Shown one piece after another: positions 19,584 through 29,038 of a stretch of 64,000 nt of DNA; position 1 is the stretch's first letter, and every line of letters begins with the position of its first letter. The notes under the pieces were generated by a model. It was not told the origin of the DNA and searched no databases. It saw only the letters and a program-made list of their open reading frames with translations. Where the stretch lies: NCBI GenBank assembly GCA_002349565.1, contig DEDN01000035.1, positions 4,980-68,979 of the forward strand, in the 5' to 3' direction. This DNA comes from Alphaproteobacteria bacterium UBA2903. GTDB taxonomy: Bacteria > Pseudomonadota > Alphaproteobacteria > CAAGCB01 > CAG-977. Made by a program: the position numbers and the translations under genes.

Positions 19584-19949
19584 ATGGAACAGAGCTTGCA
19601 CGCGTATTGTTGTTTTTTGCTTCTTTTTTTGACGCTGACGGCGGTTGTCGGCGCGGTTGCCGTGCTGTCGTTTTTATTCGGACGCAAAAAACGCCGCACC
19701 GTTGCCGTTGACGGTTATGCGGGCGGTTTTTACCTGTTGTCGTCCGTGCGCCGCAGGCTCCCGATGCGTTTGATTCTGGCTGTACCGCTGTTTGTGCTGT
19801 TGGAGGTCGCCTTTTTGTTTTTGACGGCGTGGGGAATGAATATCCGTGCCGCGGGATGGGGCGGCTTTGCCGTTGCGGCGGCGTTTGCGCTGCAAGCCGG
19901 CATCGGCTTTCGGTTCGCCGTGAAAAAAGGAGCGTTCGAATGGAAATGA
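19584..19949 (+). CDS. nuoA: NuoA/ND3-like subunit of a complex-I-type oxidoreductase (divergent)
   Basis: Three predicted TM segments. YAGGF in place of YECGF, and ...LLEVAFLFLTAW resembles FDVEVAFLFPW. Overlaps nuoB by 10 nt. The start could instead be TTG at 19542. Confidence 0.7.
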   Translation: MEQSLHAYCCFLLLFLTLTAVVGAVAVLSFLFGRKKRRTVAVDGYAGGFYLLSSVRRRLPMRLILAVPLFVLLEVAFLFLTAWGMNIRAAGWGGFAVAAAFALQAGIGFRFAVKKGAFEWK

Positions 19950-20350
19950 ATTTCTTTGCCGCTTCGCTGGAAAAGCTGTCGGCATGGGCGCAAAAAAACG
20001 CAATCGCCGCCATGCCGTTGCCGCTGGGCTGCTGTTTGGGGGAAAGCGGGGCGGTTCAGGCGGGCATCCCCGTGTGCTACAATCCCCGCCAAGCCGATAT
20101 ATTGGTTGTTGCGGGGGCGGTTTCTTTTAAAGCCGCGCCCGTCGTGCGCCGCGTTTACGATATGATGCCCGCTCCGAAAGCTGTTGTCAGTGTGGGGAAT
20201 TGCGCTTTGAACGGCGGACTTTTTGCCGATTCTTACGCCGTTGTCAGGCTGGCGGACATTGTTCCCGTCGACTGTTTCGTCAAAGGATGTCCCCCGACCG
20301 CAGCCGATTTCGCCGCCGCTCTTGCCGATTTGAAAGGAAAGGGGCGGTAA
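19940..20350 (+). CDS. nuoB: NuoB-like subunit (N2 cluster cysteines retained; short, 136 aa)
   Basis: LGCCLGE, VSVGNCALNGG and VDCFVKGCPPTA correspond to the CC/C/C ligand pattern of NuoB. Confidence 0.85.
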   Translation: MEMNFFAASLEKLSAWAQKNAIAAMPLPLGCCLGESGAVQAGIPVCYNPRQADILVVAGAVSFKAAPVVRRVYDMMPAPKAVVSVGNCALNGGLFADSYAVVRLADIVPVDCFVKGCPPTAADFAAALADLKGKGR

Positions 20351-20917
20351 ATGGAAAGTTTGGACGATTTCGGGCAGTATGTTTCTCTGCATTTTGCAAA
20401 ACAGGACATTGTGGGGCGGGAAAAGGCTTTCGGCTGCCTGACCTTGACGGTTTTGCGGGCGGCGTTGGTGCGGACGGTGTCCTTTTTGCGCGACGATGCG
20501 GCGTGCCGTTTCACGCAGCTGACCGACATTACCGCCGTGCATTATCCGAATCGGGCGGAAGAGTTCGTTTTGCTGTACCGCTTGACATCCCCGATGCTGA
20601 ACAGGCGCATCTGCCTGAAAATGCAAACCGCGCGGGATGTGGCGGTGGCGTCTTTGGGCGGAGTGTTTCCCAATGCCGTATGGTACGAACGCGAAATCCG
20701 CGAAATGTTCGGCGTATCGTTTGAAAACCATCCCGATTTGCGCCGACTGCTGATTGACGAATCCGTCGGCGGTTTTCCGCTGCGCAAGGATTTTCCCAAG
20801 GCGGGAAAAAACAAGCTGTCGTACGATGAAAAAACGGAAAGCTTTGTTGTTTCCGAAAAACAGCCCGAACCGCAAAAGAACCTGATAGCTTTGAATCTGG
20901 CGGGGGAAAGCGAATGA
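20351..20917 (+). CDS. nuoC: NuoC-like (30-kDa) subunit
   Basis: ...FPNAVWYEREIREMFGVSFENHPDLRRLL....FPLRKDFP; canonical NuoC core. Confidence 0.85.
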   Translation: MESLDDFGQYVSLHFAKQDIVGREKAFGCLTLTVLRAALVRTVSFLRDDAACRFTQLTDITAVHYPNRAEEFVLLYRLTSPMLNRRICLKMQTARDVAVASLGGVFPNAVWYEREIREMFGVSFENHPDLRRLLIDESVGGFPLRKDFPKAGKNKLSYDEKTESFVVSEKQPEPQKNLIALNLAGESE

Positions 20918-22059
20918 CCGATATAGCGGAAACGTCGTTTGTCAATATCGCGCCCGAACCCGCGACGGGAATGGGGATTTGCCGTCTGGTCGCGCAGCTG
21001 GACGGGGAAAAAGTCGTGCGGCTGGATTCGCATATCGGTTTTTCCCACCGCGGAATCGAAAAAATGCTGGAAAGCGTGAATACGGCGCAGGCTTTGGTTT
21101 GGTGCGACAAACTGTGCCGAACCGTGCCTTTTGCGGGCGGACACGCTTTTGTTCTGGCGGCGGAAAAGCTGGCGGGCGTCAATGTCCCCAAACGCGCCAA
21201 GCAAATCCGCACGCTGCTGAGCGAAATCGTGCGGGTGTCCGCTTTGCTGACCATGACGGGCAATCTGGCGCGGGATACGGGCAACGCCGCCGCGGGAGCC
21301 ATAGCCGCCCAAGCCGCGGTGCGGACGACCGCTTTGTGCCGTGCGGTTACGCGCTATCCGTTCGGGACTTACTTTCGTGTCGGCGGGGTGGCGGTTGATT
21401 TGGCGGACGGATTTCAAGACAGGGTTTCCGAATGGATGTCGGAGATGCCCCCTGTTCTGGACGAACTGAAAAGCTTGATCGACAACGGCATATTCCGATC
21501 CAGAACAAAAGGAATCGGCTTCATTGGCGCGGACGCCGCGCTTGCGGCGGGATTGACGGGCGACAATGCGAGGGCGAGCGGCCTCAAACGCGATGTGCGG
21601 GCGGACGAACCGTACGACGCTTATTCCGATGTCGAAGTTACGGTTCCCGTTGCGAACGGCGGCGACTGCTATGCCAGATACGAAATGCGAATCGACGGCA
21701 TTTACAACGCTTTGAAGCTGATTGATCAGCTGTTGCCGCAATTTGCGGCGGGCGAAATCAACGCGTTCAAACGTCCGGAAACAACGACTTTGACGGGGCT
21801 GAGCACGCATTTCGAAAACGTGGTGAAAGGCTTGCTTTTGCCAGAGGGCGACGTTTATGCGGCGGTTGAAACGCCGTTCGGTGAAACGGGCGTGTATTTG
21901 CAGGGCGACGGTTCGCCCGTCCCGTACCGCTGTCACATCCGTTCGGCGGGATTTCCCGCAATGCAGGCGTTGGCGAAAATCGCGGTCGGTGCGGATCTGC
22001 TTGACATTCGACCGATTGTGTCGTCGCTGGGCGTTTTGATGACGGAGGTTGACCGATGA
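20914..22059 (+). CDS. nuoD: NuoD-like (49-kDa) subunit, divergent at quinone-site positions
   Basis: ...RLVAQLDGEKVVRLDSHIGFSHRGIEKMLE..., C-terminus ...SLGVLMTEVDR. ATGA overlaps at both ends. Confidence 0.85.
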   Translation: MTDIAETSFVNIAPEPATGMGICRLVAQLDGEKVVRLDSHIGFSHRGIEKMLESVNTAQALVWCDKLCRTVPFAGGHAFVLAAEKLAGVNVPKRAKQIRTLLSEIVRVSALLTMTGNLARDTGNAAAGAIAAQAAVRTTALCRAVTRYPFGTYFRVGGVAVDLADGFQDRVSEWMSEMPPVLDELKSLIDNGIFRSRTKGIGFIGADAALAAGLTGDNARASGLKRDVRADEPYDAYSDVEVTVPVANGGDCYARYEMRIDGIYNALKLIDQLLPQFAAGEINAFKRPETTTLTGLSTHFENVVKGLLLPEGDVYAAVETPFGETGVYLQGDGSPVPYRCHIRSAGFPAMQALAKIAVGADLLDIRPIVSSLGVLMTEVDR

Positions 22060-23717
22060 GCAAGCCTTTGATTGACGTGAACGGCAACCCGCGCGAACAG
22101 TTGTCCGATTTGCTGAAACGGCACAGCGTTGATTGTTTGACTTGCCCGAAAGCGGGAAAGTGCGAAATACAGGATTTGTGCGCGCGCTGGCAGCCGAAAA
22201 TCAAAACGTTGCCCGTCGAAAATGAAAATGTTGATTTGGGCATGCTGATTGAACGTCATCCCGAACGGTGCATCCGTTGCGGCAGCTGTGCCGAATTTGT
22301 GCGGGCTGCGGGGGAAGAGGCGGACACGCTGCCGATTTCAAAGCCCGTTTTGTCGCCTTTGTCGGGAACGCTGATTGATATTTGCCCCGCGGGGGCTTTG
22401 ACCGACAAAACGCAAAAAAAGCTGATTCGCGTTTGGGAAACGGCGGCGGTTCAAAGCATTGACGTGTCGGATGCGGCGCTGGCGGACATTAAAATAGAAA
22501 CGGCTGCGGGCGAAATCGTGCGCATAACGCCCGCTTCGGAAATGCCGATTTCGGACACGGCGCGTTTTTCGTTCGACGGATTGCGGGTCAACCGTTTGGA
22601 TCGCCCGTATGTGCGTGAAAACGGTGTGCTGAAAGAATGTTCATGGGCGGAAGCCTTGACGGCGGTTGCCGACAAGCTGAAAACCGTTTCCCCGCAAAAG
22701 GCGGCGGCGCTTGTCGGAAAATTCGCCGACGGCGAAAGCATGCTAGCTTTGCGCGATTTGCTGGCGGCGTTTGGAGCGCATGCGGTTGAGGCGCGCGCAG
22801 GGACGGAGTACTTTGACGGAAACAGCCGGCAATTCCATTTGTTCAACACCCCGTTTGCCAAAATCAAAGAAGCGGACGCTTTGCTGACGATCGGAGTCGA
22901 TTTGAGCGAAGTTCTGCCCGCAATTGATTTCGCGATTCGTCAAAACCCGATGCCGCGAAAGGAAATTTCCGATTTGAGCGCGCTTGAAACGGAAAAGCTG
23001 TTCGATTCGGCAAAAAATCCGATGGTGATTGTCGGTGCGGGCGTTGCGAACAGACGGGATGCGGCGTCGGCGTTCGAAGCGATTTACCGTTTCTGCAAAC
23101 AAAAGAATGTTATCCGCGGCGATTGGAACGGCTATAACTTTGTGTCGGACAACACGGCTTTTGTCGGGGCTGCGGAACTGGGATTGATTTCGGAAACGCC
23201 GCTGCGTCCCGAAATCGCGGCGGGCAAGTTCGATTTTGTGTATTTGCTGGACGACGATTCGGTGTCAAGGGCGGATTTGGGCGACGCATTCGTTGTATAT
23301 CAGGGGTTCTGCGCGTCAAGGGCGGCGCGTGCGGCGGATGTGATTTTGCCGGGCGTCGCGCCGACGGAAAAGCATGCGACGTATGTCGACGCGCAGGGAA
23401 TCGCAAAATCGACCGCGCCCGCTTTGCCGCCGTTCGGACAAGCGCGGGAAGACTGGAAAATCCTGCGCGCCCTGTCCGAATATGCGGGAACGATGCCTTT
23501 GCCGTACGATGACTTGGATGCCGTGCGCGACGCTTTGGCGGGGACGAGCGTTGTTTTTTACAAACGCGGCGAGCTTGCTTCCGCCTCTGACGAATCGTTC
23601 GGAACAAAAGGGGAGCTGTCGGGGGAAACTGTGAAGAGTCCCGATTACAAACCCGACGAGATCTGCAAAAATTCGGCGCGGATGAGGGCGCTCAGACGGG
23701 AAAGGCGGAAACCATGA
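22056..23717 (+). CDS. nuoG: NuoG-like (75-kDa) subunit lacking the N-terminal 2Fe-2S domain
   Basis: HSVDCLTCPKAGKC (HxxxCxxCxxxxxC), CIRCGSC...CPAGALT, molybdopterin-like body, and C-terminal ...ADVILPGVAPTEKHATYVDAQG...REDWKILRALS. 553 aa, against my recollection of roughly 690 aa for alphaproteobacterial NuoG. Confidence 0.8.
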   Translation: MSKPLIDVNGNPREQLSDLLKRHSVDCLTCPKAGKCEIQDLCARWQPKIKTLPVENENVDLGMLIERHPERCIRCGSCAEFVRAAGEEADTLPISKPVLSPLSGTLIDICPAGALTDKTQKKLIRVWETAAVQSIDVSDAALADIKIETAAGEIVRITPASEMPISDTARFSFDGLRVNRLDRPYVRENGVLKECSWAEALTAVADKLKTVSPQKAAALVGKFADGESMLALRDLLAAFGAHAVEARAGTEYFDGNSRQFHLFNTPFAKIKEADALLTIGVDLSEVLPAIDFAIRQNPMPRKEISDLSALETEKLFDSAKNPMVIVGAGVANRRDAASAFEAIYRFCKQKNVIRGDWNGYNFVSDNTAFVGAAELGLISETPLRPEIAAGKFDFVYLLDDDSVSRADLGDAFVVYQGFCASRAARAADVILPGVAPTEKHATYVDAQGIAKSTAPALPPFGQAREDWKILRALSEYAGTMPLPYDDLDAVRDALAGTSVVFYKRGELASASDESFGTKGELSGETVKSPDYKPDEICKNSARMRALRRERRKP

Positions 23718-24679
23718 ATGAACTTTTGTCGCAGGCAGCCGAGTTTTTCAATGATTTCACGCCGTTGGCAAAGATATGCGGCAGAATGGCGATTCAAGCT
23801 GTCGGCATCGTTTTCGCCGCTATGCTGCTGCAATTTTTTGAAGAACGCCTGACCGCGCGGATTCAAATGCGTCCGCCGCGCAAAGTCTGTGCGTTTTTTG
23901 CTCAACCCGTCAAAGCGTTTTTCAAAGAACCGTTTGTTCCTTTGACCGCGCAAAAAGCCGCCTATTTGTCTGCCCCCGTGCTGGCTTTGACGCTGGCGGT
24001 GTTTTTTTGCTTCTTTCTGCCGTTCAAGACGGGATTCGAAACGTCGTTCGGGGCGCTGTATTTGATGTTTGCCGCACCCTTTTGCGTGTACGCTTTTGTT
24101 TTGGGCGCATGGGGCAGCGGGTCGAGATTTGCCTTTTTCGGCGCGGTCAGAATGATTGCCCAGATTTTACCCGCTCAGCTGATTATGGGCTTTATCCTTT
24201 GCTCCGTTCTGATTTCGGCGGGCAGCGCGGATGTGCGGGAAATTATGAGCGCACAGAAAAAAATATGGTTTGCCGTGCCGCATTTGCCTCTGTTTGCGCT
24301 GTATCTGCCGTGTGCGGCAATGACGATTGTACAGACGCCGTTCAATTCGCCCAAGGCGGCGCGCGGGCTGGCATCGGGCGTTTACGCCGAATACGGCGGG
24401 ATGCCGTATCAAATGATGAAAACCGCCGAATCCGTTTTGGAATTGCTGCTGGCGGCGTTGGGCGTGATTTTGTTTTTGGGCGGGGCGTCGTCCGCATGGG
24501 GCTGGCTGTTGAAAACAACGGCGGTCGCGTTTGCGTTGACGGTGATGAAAGCCGCAATGTCCGACGTCAAAACAGAACTGCTGATGCGGGAAAGTTTTAA
24601 AACCGTTCTGCCTTTTACCGTTTTGTGGCTGTTTTTGACTGCGGCGGCGGTGCTGTTCTTTGACGGAGGCGCGGGATGA
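23714..24679 (+). CDS. nuoH: NuoH/ND1-like subunit
   Basis: 321-aa polytopic ORF. EERLTARIQMRPP resembles ERK..A..Q.R.GP; ...PFNSPKA....YAEYGG resembles PFD..E.E....EYSG. Confidence 0.82.
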   Translation: MNELLSQAAEFFNDFTPLAKICGRMAIQAVGIVFAAMLLQFFEERLTARIQMRPPRKVCAFFAQPVKAFFKEPFVPLTAQKAAYLSAPVLALTLAVFFCFFLPFKTGFETSFGALYLMFAAPFCVYAFVLGAWGSGSRFAFFGAVRMIAQILPAQLIMGFILCSVLISAGSADVREIMSAQKKIWFAVPHLPLFALYLPCAAMTIVQTPFNSPKAARGLASGVYAEYGGMPYQMMKTAESVLELLLAALGVILFLGGASSAWGWLLKTTAVAFALTVMKAAMSDVKTELLMRESFKTVLPFTVLWLFLTAAAVLFFDGGAG

Positions 24680-24993
24680 AATTCGATTTGCCGAAATCGC
24701 TGTTTGTCGCCGTCAAGTACGTCGCGGGCTTTGGTTCTTTGCAAAGGCTGCCCGCCGTTCTGCCTGACACTTCGACCGTTCCGCAATACGACGCCGAAAA
24801 ATGCGTCGGATGCAAACTGTGCGCCTGCGCTTGCCCCGCCAAAGCGATTGGTGTTTCGACCGTCAAAGCGGCGGATGGATGGCGTGTTGAAAAGTTCAAG
24901 CTTGACGCCGAAAAATGCGCGCAATGCGCCCTGTGCGTCGAAGCTTGTCCGAAAGGGGCGTTGTCCTTTGAAGGGGAAAAAGAATGTCCGTGA
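24676..24993 (+). CDS. nuoI: NuoI-like 2x[4Fe-4S] ferredoxin subunit (short, 105 aa)
   Basis: CVGCKLCACACP and CAQCALCVEACP. Confidence 0.85.
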   Translation: MKFDLPKSLFVAVKYVAGFGSLQRLPAVLPDTSTVPQYDAEKCVGCKLCACACPAKAIGVSTVKAADGWRVEKFKLDAEKCAQCALCVEACPKGALSFEGEKECP

Positions 24994-25469
24994 TTGAATT
25001 TTATGTTTTTGCGGGGCTGATTGTGGCGGCGGCGTTTTTGTCGGTTGCGGCGCGGTCGCTGTTGTATGCCGTTTTTTTTCAAATGCAGGCGGTCATAGCC
25101 GTTGCGGGCGTTTTGGCGGAACTGGACGCGTCTTTTTCGGGCTTTGCTTTGACGGCGGCGGCATCCGCGGCGTTGCTGGCTTTTTTGGTCTTTGCGCTGA
25201 GCGTGTTTGACATTTCCGAAACGCCGAAAGCTTTTCCGCCCAAAGCGGGCAAAGCGTCGGTTTTGTTTTTTGTTTCGGCGGCGGCGGAAGCGGGGTGGCT
25301 TTTGTTCAAACCCGATCGGACGGCGAATCAAACCGCCGCCGTTTTTCCTTTTTTCGGCGGGACGCTGTATGCGTCCTACGGGGTGTGCGCGGTGGTGTTC
25401 GGAACAATCGTTTTATCCTGTCTGGCGGGCATTGCGACGCTGACGGCGGCTGAAAGGGGGGAGAAATGA
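24984..25469 (+). CDS. nuoJ: NuoJ/ND6-like subunit
   Basis: 161-aa hydrophobic ORF in the J position. Overlaps nuoI by 10 nt and nuoK by 4 nt. Confidence 0.78.
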   Translation: MSVIEFYVFAGLIVAAAFLSVAARSLLYAVFFQMQAVIAVAGVLAELDASFSGFALTAAASAALLAFLVFALSVFDISETPKAFPPKAGKASVLFFVSAAAEAGWLLFKPDRTANQTAAVFPFFGGTLYASYGVCAVVFGTIVLSCLAGIATLTAAERGEK

Positions 25470-25774
25470 AAATCGATTTTCCCGTGATTTTGACGGTCGG
25501 TTTTGTTTTGGTGCTGTTCGGACTGTGGGGCGTTTTGCGGCATAACGGCGATTTGATGCGCCAAGTGCTGGCTTTGCATACGGTGTTTTTGGGGGCGGTG
25601 TTCAATTTCGCGCTGGGCGGAGCCTTGTTTCGGGATGCGGCGGGAATGGTTTTCGCTTTTTTGACCGTCTGCCTGACGGGGATTCAGATGACCGCCTGTT
25701 TGTGCTTGTTTTTACTGTATTTTCGCCGTCACAAGCATTTGGATGCTCAGCGAATCGACAAAATGAAAGGCTGA
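25466..25774 (+). CDS. nuoK: NuoK/ND4L-like subunit (divergent)
   Basis: 102-aa ORF with three TM segments in the K position. Confidence 0.78.
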   Translation: MKIDFPVILTVGFVLVLFGLWGVLRHNGDLMRQVLALHTVFLGAVFNFALGGALFRDAAGMVFAFLTVCLTGIQMTACLCLFLLYFRRHKHLDAQRIDKMKG

Positions 25775-25776
25775 AG

Positions 25777-27570
25777 ATGTTTTTTTTGTTTCTTCCCGTC
25801 ATTGCCGCCGCCGTTTTGTTCTTCGCGACCTGTCTGAAGCGCAAAATTCCCGTGTTCGCCGTGGGCTTCGCCTGTTTGGCGGGGGCGTTCGCGCGCATCG
25901 GCGCAATGAGCTTGAAAAACGTGTTTCAAGGCAAGGTTTACGCCCGCAAAATGCTGCCGTTTTTGACGCTGAACGGTGTTGAATACGAATGGGGATTTTC
26001 CTTTACGCGCACGGAATTGGTGCTGACAAGCTTTATTCTGTTCACCGCGCTGCTGAGTCTTGTTTTCGCAAAAAGCTATTTGCAGCCCGAAAAAATCAAC
26101 CGCTTTACGATGTTTTTGTGCGCGCTGGCGTTTTGTGTTCTGACGTGCATCGGATCGGATAATTTTTTCCAGTTTTTTGCAGGCTGGGAACTGTCTGTTT
26201 TGTTTGCGTATTTGCTGCTGCTGCTGTTTTTCGAACGCCAATCCGTCAGGCGGGCGGGAAACCGTTTTTTTGTCTGTCACGTGTTGTCCGACATTCCGCT
26301 GTTTTGCGCGTTCTATATGCTGATGAGCCAAACGGGAAGCTTTTTCGTGCCGCCTTTTGTCGCCGTCGAAAGCGTCGCGTTTACCCAAGGACAGGCGATA
26401 ACGTTCGCGGTTTTGGTGCTGGTCGGATTAAGCGTCAAGCTGATGCTGTTCGCATCGCCTTTGCCGTTGACGGAAACGGCTGAAATGTGCGTTCCCGTGC
26501 TGTCTTTTGCCGCAACGGCGGCTTTGGGCGGATTGGGGATTTACGCTTTGTACAACGCGTATGTGTTTTTCGCGGGGTTCAAAACGGCGCGGATTGTGCT
26601 GTGCGCCGTCGGAGCGCTGACCGCTGCGTCCGGAATTGCCGCCGCGCTGTGCCGCGACGACTTTAAAAACGTTTTGACGGGGATGCTGTCCAGTCAGTTC
26701 GGATTGGTGCTGACCGTGTTCGGATTGGCGGGCAGGGATGCGGGATTTTGCGCGTACATCGCGCTGATGCTGCCGATGTCGGGGCTGATTTTGGCGGCGG
26801 GAACGGTTATTTACGCTTTGCGCGCGCAGGAAAATATTACCCGTATGGGGGGATTGAACACGCGCTTGCCCGCTTTGTTCTGGATTATGGGATTGTTGAG
26901 CCTGTGCTGCGTCGGATTCCCCGCCGTCGGCACGTTCGGGGTGTGGCAGGATTTGTACGCCGCTTTGTACGTCAAGGGCAGCTTCGCTTTTGCCGCAGGG
27001 TTTGCCGCTTTGTCCTTCGGACTGGCATGGGCGTTTGCGCGAATGCTGTACGATGTGTTTTTTGCGCCGCGCAGGATGATGCTGTCCGCCGTGGATGAAT
27101 TACGTCCCGTCGGGGCGGGACTGTCGGTTCCCGTTGCCGTCGTTTTGATTGCGGCGCTGTGTCAGGAAAAGATTTTCGAACAGTCCGTTTTGGACGCTTT
27201 GCCGCGCTCCAAAGCGCTGGCGGTTTTGGCTTTGTCGCTGGTCGGATGCAGCGGATTGTGCTTCGGACTGTTGTACTTCAAGCATCGCAAAAACGAACAG
27301 CCGTTCGGCAAAAAAGCCGAAACGCTGGCAAATCTGCTGTCTTTTGCGCCGATTTACCAAACGCTGATAGTCCGTCCGTGCCTGTCGTTCGCAAGGGCTT
27401 TGTGGTTTTCCGTCGGAACGGAAGTCTGGTTGGAAAAATTCCCGCGCGCCGTGCAGAAGCTGGCTCAAGACATTCAAAAGCGCCAAAACGGGCGTGTGTC
27501 CTCTTTTTTTACGGCGGTTTCGATCGGACTGTTTTTGCTGATAACCGCTTTAACCATGATGAAAGGATAG
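25777..27570 (+). CDS. nuoL: NuoL/ND5-like antiporter subunit (divergent)
   Basis: 597 aa from the ATG 2 nt after the nuoK stop. ...FFAGWELSVLFAYLL... and ...SVKLMLFASPLP... align to the Mrp/ND5 core. Confidence 0.8.
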   Translation: MFFLFLPVIAAAVLFFATCLKRKIPVFAVGFACLAGAFARIGAMSLKNVFQGKVYARKMLPFLTLNGVEYEWGFSFTRTELVLTSFILFTALLSLVFAKSYLQPEKINRFTMFLCALAFCVLTCIGSDNFFQFFAGWELSVLFAYLLLLLFFERQSVRRAGNRFFVCHVLSDIPLFCAFYMLMSQTGSFFVPPFVAVESVAFTQGQAITFAVLVLVGLSVKLMLFASPLPLTETAEMCVPVLSFAATAALGGLGIYALYNAYVFFAGFKTARIVLCAVGALTAASGIAAALCRDDFKNVLTGMLSSQFGLVLTVFGLAGRDAGFCAYIALMLPMSGLILAAGTVIYALRAQENITRMGGLNTRLPALFWIMGLLSLCCVGFPAVGTFGVWQDLYAALYVKGSFAFAAGFAALSFGLAWAFARMLYDVFFAPRRMMLSAVDELRPVGAGLSVPVAVVLIAALCQEKIFEQSVLDALPRSKALAVLALSLVGCSGLCFGLLYFKHRKNEQPFGKKAETLANLLSFAPIYQTLIVRPCLSFARALWFSVGTEVWLEKFPRAVQKLAQDIQKRQNGRVSSFFTAVSIGLFLLITALTMMKG

Positions 27571-27574
27571 ACGG

Positions 27575-29032
27575 ATGCCGCACTTTTCCCTGATTTTCAT
27601 CATGCTGGCGATGCCTTTGCTGGGGGCGTTGTTTTTGCTGTTCATCCGCGGCGATGAACAACGAACGGCGGGCAACGCTTATGCCGTGTCGATGCTGATT
27701 TCGGGATGCGTGTTTTTGACGGCGCTGACCGCATGGGCGTTTTTCGGCGCGCACAAAAACGACGTGTTTTCAGCCGTGTTCGTCGATATGCCGACCTTTA
27801 AAGTCAGCATGCGCGTCGGCATGGACGCTTTGACGCTGTTTTTTGTGGTGCTGATTTCGTTTTTGACCCTGCTGTCCGTGTTTATCAGCCGCAAGAACGT
27901 CAAAACCATGGTGCGCGAATACATGTTTCTGACGCTGATTGCCGAATCGTTTTTGCTGACCGCCGTGTGCGCCCGCGATTTGTTTTTGTTTTACGCCGCG
28001 TTCGAAGCCGCCGTCATTCCGCTGTTTTTGCTGATTGCGCTGTGGGGCGTGGAGCGGCGCGCCGTGACGCCGTACAGGTTCGGACTGTTCGCGATTATCG
28101 GTTCGGTGTTTTTGCTGACGGGCGTGTTCGTACTGTATCATCAGGCGGGATCGTCCGATTTCGACGTTGTGGAAGCCGCGGCGTTTACGCCGTTTTGCCG
28201 CAAGCTGATTTTCGGTCTGTTTGTGGGTGCAATGGCATTCAAAGCTCCGTTGTTTCCGTTCCATTTCTGGCTGACAGATTCGCTGTCCGAAGCCCCCGCC
28301 GCCGCAGGCGTGCTGATTTCGGGCGTATATTCGAAGCTGATTTTTTATGCTTTCGTGCGGTTTGTGATTCCAATTTCGGGGGCGGAAATCGAACCCGCTT
28401 TGCCGTTTTTGTGCGGATGGGCTTTGGCGACCGCGTTGTACGGCGCGTTGATTGCCGATGTGCAGGACGACATCCGTTCCATTGCGGGGTTCGCCCACTT
28501 GACGCAAACGGGATTGCTGGCTTTGGGATTGTTTTGCCTGACGCCCGAATCGGTGCGCGGCATGCTGTTTTTGTCGGCGGCGCAAGCCGTATCCATGGCG
28601 GCGTTTTTGTTGGCATGCGGGGCGTTGTACCAGCGGGTCGGATACGTCCAGAATATTGTCGGCGTTTTGTCCGTGTTTCCGTACTTGGGGGCGGTGTTTT
28701 TCCTGTCCAGTCTGGCGCTGCTGGCTTTCCCGCCGATGCCCGCGTTTACGGGGCAGTTTTTGATTTTCCAAGCCGCTTTTGCCCAAAACAAAGTGTTCGC
28801 CGCTTTGGGACTGGCTGCGGTGATGCTGCTGTATGTCGCGTTTTTCAAACATTTCAGCCGCTTTTTGTTCGGCGGGGCGGGTGAAATCATCGTTAGCGGC
28901 AACGATTTGGGAAAACGGGAACGCACCGCCGCCGTTTTGCTGGGCGCCGTGTTTTTGTATTTGGCGCTGACGCCGTCGTCGGTGTTCCGCTTGATCGCCG
29001 CCGCCGTCGATCCGCTGTTTGAACAAGGATGA
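27575..29032 (+). CDS. nuoM: NuoM/ND4-like antiporter subunit
   Basis: ...FYAAFEAAVIPLFLLIALWG..., ...AFKAPLFPFHFWLTDSLSEAPAAAGVLISGVYSKL... Confidence 0.88.
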   Translation: MPHFSLIFIMLAMPLLGALFLLFIRGDEQRTAGNAYAVSMLISGCVFLTALTAWAFFGAHKNDVFSAVFVDMPTFKVSMRVGMDALTLFFVVLISFLTLLSVFISRKNVKTMVREYMFLTLIAESFLLTAVCARDLFLFYAAFEAAVIPLFLLIALWGVERRAVTPYRFGLFAIIGSVFLLTGVFVLYHQAGSSDFDVVEAAAFTPFCRKLIFGLFVGAMAFKAPLFPFHFWLTDSLSEAPAAAGVLISGVYSKLIFYAFVRFVIPISGAEIEPALPFLCGWALATALYGALIADVQDDIRSIAGFAHLTQTGLLALGLFCLTPESVRGMLFLSAAQAVSMAAFLLACGALYQRVGYVQNIVGVLSVFPYLGAVFFLSSLALLAFPPMPAFTGQFLIFQAAFAQNKVFAALGLAAVMLLYVAFFKHFSRFLFGGAGEIIVSGNDLGKRERTAAVLLGAVFLYLALTPSSVFRLIAAAVDPLFEQG

Positions 29033-29038
29033 CCCTTC

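Noticed and set aside
19730-21936. Long minus-strand ORFs (381 aa, 464 aa, 257 aa) opposite nuoB-nuoD. Similar cases are 25747..26388, 27770..29107 and 29988..30689 opposite nuoL-N, plus alternative-frame plus-strand ORFs 24007..24600, 27967..28884 and 29293..29991.
   Set aside because: All overlap recognisable nuo genes. They are Arg/Gln/Gly-rich with no domains, so they are shadow ORFs.
22040-22070. Hidden nuoE/nuoF between nuoD and nuoG, or in another frame
   Set aside because: The nuoD stop and nuoG start overlap (ATGA). No ORF in any frame of the operon shows the NuoF GxGxxG/FMN motif or the NuoE 2Fe-2S CxxxxC...CxxxC motif.
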